Assembly: GCF_026210795.1 (NCBI RefSeq)
Contig: NC_089432.1
Span: 2,542,001-2,606,000, forward strand
Reading direction: 5' to 3'
DNA: 64,000 nucleotides
DNA from: Rhizophagus irregularis
Lineage: Eukaryota
Positions 52,121-61,670 of the stretch are shown piece by piece (within the stretch, counting starts at the first letter, position 1; every line of letters begins with the position of its first letter). The notes under the pieces are model-generated. The model had not been told where the DNA came from, did not search any database, and saw only the letters and a list, made by a program, of their open reading frames with translations. A program made the position numbers and the translations under genes.

Positions 52121-52378
52121 CAGTGTTGTGACTGGGAATAGGACATATCCTTGGATGGAACAGGATGGGACAGTCCATAATTCGGTCAAGATATTGTTGA
52201 CGTCCAAGACAAAATTTAATTATAAGATGATTTACCGTACTTCATTAATGTCGTGTAATTTAGTTGATTACACGAGTAGGTAACGTCCGAAGGACCTAGT
52301 CCTTCAGACTAACGTCCTTGGGATAATATCTTGGACGGGACATCAAATTTTTGTGGGCATTGTCCCGTCATATCACTG
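52121..52378. mobile_element. Decayed hAT-like MITE
   Basis: CAGTGTTGTGACTGGGA / TCCCGTCATATCACTG imperfect TIR; GGAC/GTCC motifs; no TSD found. Confidence 0.45.
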
Positions 52379-52452
52379 GTTTACCTATATTATATAGGTA
52401 GGTAAACCAGTATGGATTCAAAACAAATTGGGTCTCAATTTATATACGAGCA

Positions 52453-52940
52453 GGTATCTGGACTTTTCGCCGAAGTCATTTCGCCGAAGGGATATTTCAC
52501 TGAAGGGATATTTCGCTGAAAGGACGTTTCTCCGAAATACCATTTCACCGAAACCCAATTCCATTTCGCCGAAGCCATTTTATCGTATAGACATTTCAGC
52601 GAAAAATTATTTATTCCATTTGGTTATTTTATTGTTTTTATACTAAATATATAAAGAAATTTTTTCTAGAAAAATTTCTGCATTAGCTAATTTTTATTAA
52701 ATTTATCTCGTTGAGTCGTTGTTTATAATATATTAATAGTCTTTTTTTACTTACTTTTACGCGAATAAATGTTTTCAGGAAAATAAAGTTATTTATTTAT
52801 TTCTTAACAATTAATATCAGTTACTTGAATGTTAAAGTGATAATATCCTGGAAAAAAAAAATTCCCTAAAAAATAATTTTTCATTGCGCGTTTTATTAAA
52901 ATGTTAATCGCTACCATTTTTGGCGAAATGGACTGTAACC
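52453..52940. mobile_element. Non-autonomous element with ~16-17-bp ATTTCGCCGAA subterminal repeats
   Basis: Tandem TTTCGCCGAA units at 52464-52610 and inverted TTGGCGAAATG...AACC at ~52920-52940; motif related to 43645-43904. Confidence 0.5.
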
Positions 52941-53169
52941 ATACATCCTGAAGATAAAGATATAACAACTTTTTATCTTGTTTTTGACGTTAAATTCTCA
53001 TAATATTTGGGATGTCCGTTGGCACTTTCATGGTCACCTTGATTATAATCTTGTCCTTAACTTTTTGAAATAATAAAAAAATTCAATAATTTTTTTACTT
53101 TTTAATAAGGGTTTTATTTTTGTCAACCCTTCGAGATTAGAAAACTACTTTAAACTAAAAGATCCACCA

Positions 53170-55715
53170 AATACTGTTAAAGTAAATCAGTTTTGATTTT
53201 GAGTAACATGAATTTAGGGATGGCAACGGTTATGATCATAACCGTTTAACCGACCGTTTAACCGTCATTTAACTGACCATTCGACCAACCATTTAACATT
53301 TGACTGACCATTTTTAACCATTTGACCGACGACCATTTAACCAATTATTTAAGTAAAATGGTATAACTGACCGTTTAACCGACCGTTTAACCAATTTTTA
53401 ACCGACCATAACTGACCGTTTAAATTGCTATAACCGATTATAATCGACCATAACCGACCATAACCGACCGTTGTCATCCCTAAACATGATTATTATTTGT
53501 TGTACAGTACTTTAGCCTTTATGTTTCATTTTATCTTCATTTGTTTAAGAAATGTTTTTGATATTTTCTTTTTCAAAAGGTAAAATCATTTTAAACGTTT
53601 TAATGAAAAATTAATTAGTTTATTATACTAGGTATAAATAATAATTTTATAATAAAAATCAACATTACATAATAATTCAACAAATTCTTGGTATTTGGAT
53701 AGATAATACAGTAAATATACAATTTAAAAAAAGAAAATGTCTTTAAATAATTTTACATAAAATGTTTCTAATTTTTTTTAAGTATTTTTAATTTATTTTG
53801 AGCATCTTGATGTTCTTGTTTAGCGGATTGTTCATACCAATAAATTGCTTTGTCTATATCTTTTTCGATTCCATCTCCCTTCTCATACATAACAGCAAGA
53901 TTATATTGTCCAGTTTTATTTCCTAAATTTGCAGCTTTTTGATATAATTCAACTGCCTTTTTATTATTAATACTTATCCCAATTCCGTTATTGTAACAAT
54001 ATCCTAACATCGTTATTCCGTTTGAATGTTCACTTTCAGCTGATTTTTTAAATAATTCAAAAGCTTTTTGATTATCTACATCAATACCTTCTCCTATATA
54101 TAAAAGTCCAAGATTATTCATAGCTATCAAATGTCCATTATTTGCAGCTTTTTTATACCAATTAGGAGCTTTTTTAAAATTTTTTTCAATACATTTCCCA
54201 ATATGATAAAAATAACCTAATTTATGTTGTCCCATTGCATAATCTAACTCAGCCATTTTTTCATAATATACAAATGCTAGTTTTTCATTCTTTGTAATCA
54301 TTCCATATCCAAATTCATAACAATTTCCAACATAATATTGTGCTAATATATGATCCTGTATCGATGCATTAAAAAACAAGTTAAATGCTCTCCTATTATC
54401 ATTGGGTGTTCCAATTCCATAATAATTAAAATATCCAAGTAAAAAAATGGAATTTGAATTGGTTTGGTTAAATGATAGCCGATTATAGATTTCTTTTGAA
54501 TTTATATTATGATTATTAAGATAATCAAGAACATGCTGTTTTGACTCATCTTTTCTATTAACCTCCCTAAAAATAAGATCAACTATTTCATCAACTATTA
54601 TAACTATTATGCTTAAATTCTGAATCATCTGAGATGATTCTCCATGCAATGGATTTTTTATACTAGTTGGAATTAAACTTTCATTTGATGTACTAGGAAT
54701 AATTTGATTAAACATATTTTGTTGATAAATTGTTGTGCTACTTGAATTTAGAGATATTCTTAATCTATTAACAACTTCATGTATTGATGGTCGTTTACTT
54801 TGTTCACCATTCCAACATTCTAATAATTGTATTTGATTAAACTATGAAAAAAAAATAAATATAATTAATAATATAGTGAAAATCAAACTTACCAGTATAA
54901 AGATCAGAATAATCATTAGGAGTATCGGAAATAATTTCTTCTCTTCGACCTTGTGAAATTTTATACAATAAACTAAGATCATAATTTTCTTCATGAAATG
55001 GTGGTTTCCCACTTGATATTTCCCATAACAATACGCCAATACTATATACATCACTCTTCTCATTTAGTTTTAAATTATCCGTTATTACTTTCGGATCGGT
55101 ATAAGGAACCTTACCAAGTTCTCTTGATTGTGAATTAGATGTTTCATCAACCCTTTTTGATAATCCAAAGTCTGCCAACTTAATGGAATTTTGATGAACT
55201 AACACATTACAAGAATGCTATAATACATATAACACAAGTAGTATTAAATTAATTGTTAACTTAATTCATGAAATATATAAATTTTTTAAAAAAATCACCA
55301 AGTCCCGGTGAACAATCCCTTCATCATGCAGGCATAATATAGAACAAGCTAATTGGTATGCCAAACTATATTTATTATTCCAGGTAAGTCTATGGAAGTT
55401 ATTCTTCAAATAGTCACGAAGGGTACCACTGGCTGCATATTCCATTACTAACAAATAATCTTTTGTTGGATTAAATATATTATCTAATAAAAGTAGTTAT
55501 TATTAATTATTTTATTAAAAAAACAAAAAAATATTTAAATCATTTTTTATAATATTCTCAACAGTACCTGACTCATGTTTTGTAATTCCGTAAAAGCGAA
55601 TAATGTTATCATGAAAATCTACATCTCGTTGAAGTTTAAGCTAAATTAATAATTAAAAAAAATAAATATAAAGAAGATATAAAAAAATAAATATTTTTTA
55701 GAATATGCAATTAAA
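53170..55715. repeat. Second local duplication (paralogous to ~61340-64000)
   Basis: Collinear similarity of 3' flank, exons and introns between K6 and K7. Confidence 0.88.
53215..53482. mobile_element. Ac-like hAT MITE
   Basis: TIR TAGGGATGGCAACGGT / ACCGTTGTCATCCCTA; AACCG/GACCG repeats; imperfect TSD AACATGA(A)T; empty site at ~61369-61376. Confidence 0.88.
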
Positions 55716-55799
55716 TTTTTTAATAATAATAAAAATTACCTCATGAACAATTTCTTTCAAAGTAATTTTATTAAGACAATAAAAAGATTTTAACGCTAA

Positions 55800-55986
55800 C
55801 CCTGTAAAAAATCTGATCTGTGTTTTATCTTTCCATGTTTTTTCCGTGAATGTATCATTTTCATGGAATTTATAGCCTTAAATCATGGAAATTTTCATCT
55901 CGCTAACACGGATATCCGTGAATGTATCATTTTCACGGAATTTTTACGGAAGACACGGAGAAATAATGGAAATATTTTTTATAGGG
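55800..55986. mobile_element. 187-bp MITE with CCC...GGG ends and 3-bp TAA TSD (superfamily uncertain: CMC/EnSpm-like or PIF)
   Basis: TIR CCCTGTAAAAAAT / ATTTTTTATAGGG; removing it and one TAA restores YLALKSF. Confidence 0.85.
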
Positions 55987-56099
55987 TAAATAATTATCAA
56001 AATTTTTCCAATTTGCACAGAAAACCTTTCTGAATGCCCTGGAACCGATTTCTTGAATATTTTTAAAATCTTCAAATTCATAATATTTAACATGTTTTT

Positions 56100-57128
56100 T
56101 AGTGTTGCCGGCCGTAATAGTTGTAACAGGTTGTAAAGGTTGTAACGTATTGCCGTAAAGTTGTAACGTTTTGCCGTAATTTTCTAACCAGTTGTAATTG
56201 ATGTAATGTTCGTAATTGGTGTAACATACAAAATAGCTAATTTTTAAAATAGATGTAACCATTAATAACGGATGTATTGATTTTATTATAAAATGGCATT
56301 TAATCCTTAAAAAATAAGAAAACTCACGTGAATTTTCTTAATTATCTTTATTAATGATACTTAAATCTTGATCATTGTGAATTATCGCATATCCGATATG
56401 TAATTGGATTATCAACTCTTTTCTAGGGAAATGAACAAGTTAATATTTTTTTTTATTGTTTTACTTTTATTTTCAATCTTTTTCTTTTGGTTGATCTCAT
56501 TTTATTTAGCAGATTCTTGGTTCTTTACGGACTATGGAAAAGATAGGTCTTTCTATTTAGGAACGTAACTAATTTCTTTTTTGTTTTCTTTTTTGTAGAA
56601 ATGCTTTGGACTTTCGGACTATTTGAAATGGGATTTTTGTAGTAATTTGAAAGGTGTTTTTCTTAATAAGAGTAAAAGCATGTGAATTTCTATTACTGGT
56701 AATTTACCATTGGTAGTATTATTTCATTACATTAGTATTGAGATAAATAAAAAAAAGAATGTAATGAAAATTTTCCATTTTAATAATTTACCGACATGGT
56801 TTGTGACATTTTTTTAAAAAAATACACGAGTAAAAATTATAAATTAGATTTTTTGCATTCATTCATAGGAAAAATTACGTCACTTATAATCAAAAACTTG
56901 ATTTTTATTGAACTATTTTCATCATAATTTAGTTAATAGCAGAATTACGTCATGTGTTTATAATCAAATATAATTTACCGATCTACAACTTAATTACAAC
57001 TTACAGCATAATTACGTATTACAACTCTAATACGGCACTTTACAACTTTTGCCGTAGTTGTAAATCAGGGTTACAACCCAAGTTGTAATCCAAAATGCCG
57101 TAATTGTTACTTACGGCCGGCAACACTA
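56100..57128. mobile_element. Non-autonomous hAT element, 1029 bp
   Basis: Perfect 18-bp TIR TAGTGTTGCCGGCCGTAA; 8-bp TSD ATGTTTTT (56092-56099, 57129-57136); GTTGTAA/CCGTAA subterminal repeats. Confidence 0.94.
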
Positions 57129-57367
57129 ATGTTTTTTACTGATAGCTTCTTCAATCCAATTAATCCATTCATCCACATTTTCATTATTTTGCATTTTGTT
57201 ACTATTGTTTATTATTCGAAATAGTGAATAGAGTAAGCAATAAAAATTTTGACGGGAAAAGAAATTAAAATTACTCCCAAAATACCACGAAACGTAAAAA
57301 TGTGTATTAATATAAATAGTACAAAGCAGGATTTTACTTGTTTTGGCTTCGGTTGGTTAACCGTTAT

Positions 57368-59644
57368 TTTATTTTATTTATTTTATTATTTTTTATTTTA
57401 TTACTAGAAGAGTAGTACTCCAAAACTATTACAAATAAAAGAAAGACAACATTTACATGTTCTACAACTAATATACGTGCATAGAATTTTGGACGTTAAT
57501 CCCCTACGGGACCTCACCCTTCGGACTATCTATTCAAAAAGCTAGGACTATGCTAACCTTTCAAATGGGCAATGAAACTAAAGACGAACAAAAAGAAACC
57601 TAAAAAAAAGAATTCAAGTCAAGTCATCCGTATTTTTCTTTTAACTAGAAACTAGTTATTGTATGTAAATACTGTCATATACAAAATGGTGTATCCTTAT
57701 AGGTCCGTAATTGTTTTTTAAGGGTAAAACTATATATTAGAGTAATCAAAGATCCTGCCCAGGTGAGGGCGGGATTTCAACTTTTTTTCTTTTGTTCCTC
57801 ATTAGAGGTCGTTGGAGTCTTCCTTTATCATCATCAATCTCGTCAGGAGGGGGTGTACGGCGATGAAAGAAAATATTATTATCATTAATAATTTCCAGGT
57901 GAGCATCTGATATAAAAAAAATATTTTTGTCTTTGTCGATCGGTGGTAAATATTCAGTGATTAGAGGACATGAACGTCTCAGTATATAATCATCATAAAG
58001 TTGTTTAGCTTTGGTATATCCATAGTTGTATTGAGGGATGACACGTTAAAACGTCATCGAACTTTATAATCAAAAAGATTAATATGGTATGTATTATTAT
58101 AAAACACTCGGGGATCACCATTAAAATCTGGAGGTAAAGGTGGTAGTGACTTCTTGAGTTTATTTCGTTTTTTAATTCTACGTAGCCAATTCTTGGCACG
58201 TTTCAAATTTATCTTTTCCTTATTACTTCTTCCTTCATAAGATGGATGTATTGAGCCACGTTCAGCAACATGGCTTAGTTGATTAAAAACAACTGATTGT
58301 GTGTAATGATCACGTCCTGGCCTGAGTAAATAAGGTTTATTATAATGAATTCTTCATTCAGAATTGATGATGCATTGTTTCAAATGATTCCAACGTTTGA
58401 TTTGTTGTGGTGAGCGAACGATGTCAAATTCAAGATTTCTATATTCTTTATAGAAAGGTCGAAGCGTGGGGATACCTTTCTTTGATAAAGTGATGGTTGG
58501 CTCCATAATTTCTTTCAAATTTTGATTATTGTTACCTTTGTAAGGTCGGTATCTTTTGATTACAACTTCATATTTCACGCCTAGTCGTGTTGAATGAACT
58601 TTTTTGGCTCGGGGATTATCAGTCAAGCATTTGTTACAAAGCAGGATTACTAGGAAATTTTGAATTGGTTTGTATATTTAAATTGACATTTTTTATATTT
58701 AAGAGGTGTGTTTGACATTTCCATCGATTTCTAGATAGAACGAAAGCTGCAGGTTGATCACAGTGTTTACCAAATCCAAATGAATTATTCATACCACATG
58801 GTAGATAGAATCCCAGGTAGATCACGTGGGAACCAGAACTAAATCTAATAAAAGTATTGGTTTGTCTATTTTTAATATTATCAGAAGATAATCTATTTTT
58901 AATTGCTAAAAATTTTACTAATAATAGTTGGCGTAAACGTTTAAAATATTTTTTAACGGTTTCAGGTGAAAATTGTCGATTAATAGCAAATGTGAAGGTG
59001 AGGTATGTCCCTATTAGGTAGTTGATGTTAAGTTTTTTACTACTTGAATTGAAGATCCTTTGATGATCACGAGTCATTTCAATATCATTGGTGCAAACGG
59101 TAAAAAAATTTTTCCTTGTTAGATCTAGATCAGCATGTTGATCTAACTCAATGAGGAAATATTGAGCTTTTTTGGTGTTGTATAGTGTACCACTGCCACG
59201 TGTATCAGTGATTTCATATGGGTTGATTCTCTTCGTGTGAAAGGAAAAAGAGTAAGTATTGCAAGGGCGGTATAAACGAACAATAGCTTTGGAGCCTTCT
59301 AGAGGTCCTTTGGAGTGGGAGTTCTCTGTACATAAGTTCTTTTGAGAGGTTTCCATATTCGTTATAAAGAGAAGAGGGTATTTATAAATACCAGTGTGAG
59401 CCAAAAATTGTTCCTTATTATGTATATGAAAAACAGCAGGAAGAAAATATGACAAAAAAAACTATGTAAAAATATTGGGTATATCTTTCGAAAGTAAATA
59501 AAGTGTATGTCTTTTAAAAGTAAATAAAGTGTATAAAAGTTCTCTTTCCAATATTAAGTGGAAAAGAAAGTTTTTGTAATAATAAAAATTAAAACGTCCA
59601 ACTTTGTAAATTTTGTTCCAGATTTTTGTGGGAAAGAGTTTCCC
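57368..59644 (-). mobile_element. RT-less, protein-coding retroposed element (2.28 kb)
   Basis: 13-bp TSD GGTTAACCGTTAT (57355-57367, 59645-59657); (TAAAA)n-like 3' tail; related uninterrupted site at ~50698 upstream of K5. Confidence 0.85.
57746..59356 (-). pseudogene. Decayed ORF (~535 codons) of unknown function inside the retroposed element
   Basis: ATG 59356 (METSQK...). Track ORFs 58634-59455 and 58354-58626 join via a frameshift; reading continues past TGA stops, and after a further frameshift ends ...IPPSPGQDL* at 57746. Confidence 0.65.
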
Positions 59645-60090
59645 GGTTAACCGTTATGGCAATGCATATTGCATTATTGTTAAAATTGATTTCAAACCAC
59701 GTGAAATGTCACGTGATTTTTCGTGACCTTTTCGGTCTTTTTTTTAGACCAAATTATTTTTTAAAATATTTGTCCCTTTGGTCTTTGTGTTTAGACCGAA
59801 ATTATTTTTTTCGGTCTTTTTAGATCGAATCTTTTTTTGTAATATTTTTTTTTTATTTTTAAAACCGATATTTTAAAGATATTTTTCGTTCCAGGTTTTT
59901 TTTTAAGAATTTTTCTAACTATCACCGGAGGTGATGTTCACCGGTGACTGAAATTATGACGATCGACCAGCATTAAAAAATATAGTGCCGGTAAAAATTG
60001 ATAATTCTGGCCAACGGTGATGATCACCCCAGTAAAAAACTTTTTTTAAATTCGAATTTTTTGAATTTATTAACATTAATAAAAAGACTT

Positions 60091-60266
60091 TATTGCTATT
60101 TTTTTATTACATTTTTTATTGTATTTATTCATTTATAATTAACACTAATAAGAAGACAATTTTCTTGGTTATCTCTATTGCTATTTTTTTTATTATTCAT
60201 TTTTTATTGTATTTATTCATTTATAATTAACACTAATAAAAAGACAATTTTCTTGGTTATCTCTAT
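60091..60266. repeat. ~86-bp tandem duplication (2 copies)
   Basis: TATTGCTATTTTTTTATT...TTCTTGGTTATCTC occurs twice head to tail. Confidence 0.85.
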
Positions 60267-60694
60267 CCTATAGCATAAGTTGTAGTAAAATTTTAATTAT
60301 AAAATCATAATAAATGATAACAGAATCAAAGACGGAGAAAGGACCTTTGTGATATAAGCAAACTAAAGTTATAATTATAATAGGCGATAATTGATGCAGG
60401 GGAAAAAGAGAATTTTAAAACTCTAACGACTATTAACAGTGAGTTCGTAAAGATTTCTTAAGAAGCGTCTGTAATAATATTATTATATTAGTTGAAGACA
60501 ATAATAAGAACCCACGTGAATTACATGTGGTTTGTTTAATAGAAATTTAGCTGATTTTTGGAAAAATATATTAAGTACTTTACTTAGTAACTAACCCAAC
60601 TCATATAGTCAAATGAGGTGCGTCAAATCGGCTAGTCAAATTAACCCTATTACCACACAACAGTCGCAACGGGCTGCAGCTAGTTTAATACTTA

Positions 60695-60901
60695 CAGCTG
60701 ATTTCATAATGTACGGGACACTTAGCAAATTTTAAAGAACTCGGAAATATTCGGTAAAGTTCTAAATAAGATAAAATTATACCACCATACTCGGAATAGT
60801 ACTCCAAAATTAGCGTATAATTTTTATTATATCAAGCTTTACCGAATATTTCCGAGTTCTTTAAAATTTGTTAAGTGTCCCGTACATTATGAAATCAGTT
60901 G
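60695..60901. mobile_element. Tc1/mariner-type fold-back MITE, 207 bp
   Basis: ~65-bp near-perfect TIRs starting CAGCTGATTTCATAATGTACGGGACAC; TA on the left, CA on the right. Confidence 0.85.
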
Positions 60902-60913
60902 CAACTGATATTA

Positions 60914-61215
60914 CAGCAAAATTCAAAATATAAAAATTGGGTTGTCTGGTAGCTGGGTAGTCAGGTTATTAGAAAAGTATAAATAGCACGTGACATAAGT
61001 ATAATAGTAAACTATAAAGTATTAACTGACGAAAATGCTCATTTAGTATTGTTCTTTATATTTATATAGTATACTATATCATATATATATAGTATATTGT
61101 TAATACGGTATATATAATCTGATATACGTGCTATTTTATACTTTTTTAATAACCTGATTACCCGAGTAACCCGGCTACCCGATAATCAAATTCCCGTATA
61201 TTATGAATTTTGCTG
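60914..61215. mobile_element. Second, more diverged fold-back MITE with related TIR
   Basis: CAGCAAAATTCA(A/T)AATATA... with ~80-bp imperfect inverted arms; TA on the left. Confidence 0.75.
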
Positions 61216-61670
61216 AATTTTTCTAATGGATCGACCCGGTTTGTCCATTAACAAATCGGGTTTGAACACTATTTTAGATAAATCAAACCTTCAAGAATAT
61301 GATACATAATACCAGTTTTAATTGTCCAACAATAACCATTCCAGAGTAAATCAGTTTGGATTTTGGGTAACATGATTATTATTTGTTGTACTTAGCATTT
61401 ATGTTTCGTTTTATCTTAATTTGTTTAAGAAATGCTTTTGTTGCGATATACTGTACTAGAATATTTCCTTAATAACATTATATCGATTATTTTCTTTTTC
61501 AAAAGGAAAATCATTTTAAATGTTTTAATGGAAAATTAATTAGTTCATTATACTAGGTATAAATATTAATTTTATCATAAAAATAAACATTACATAATAA
61601 TTTATTAACTAAATTCTTATATTTGGAAAGATAATTTTTAAAAAAAAGAAAATACTACCTTTAATTGTTT

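Larger units (their letters stand above)
53768..57194 (-). pseudogene. Kinase-Sel1 gene K6, exon 1 interrupted by two DNA transposons
   Basis: MQNNENVDEWINWIEEAISKKH | hAT | VKYYEF...WKNFDNYL | MITE | ALKSF; remaining exons paralogous to K7; Gly loop GSRAFRKV. Confidence 0.88.

Noticed and set aside
57800..57860. Hammerhead-like CTGACGAG on the minus strand of the retroposon
   Set aside because: No stem II or GAAA arrangement visible; it lies within the coding frame (PPDEIDDD).
60590..60685. Possible Helitron 3' end (GCAACGGG...CTAG-T)
   Set aside because: Hairpin is imperfect and no 5' end or second copy is identifiable.
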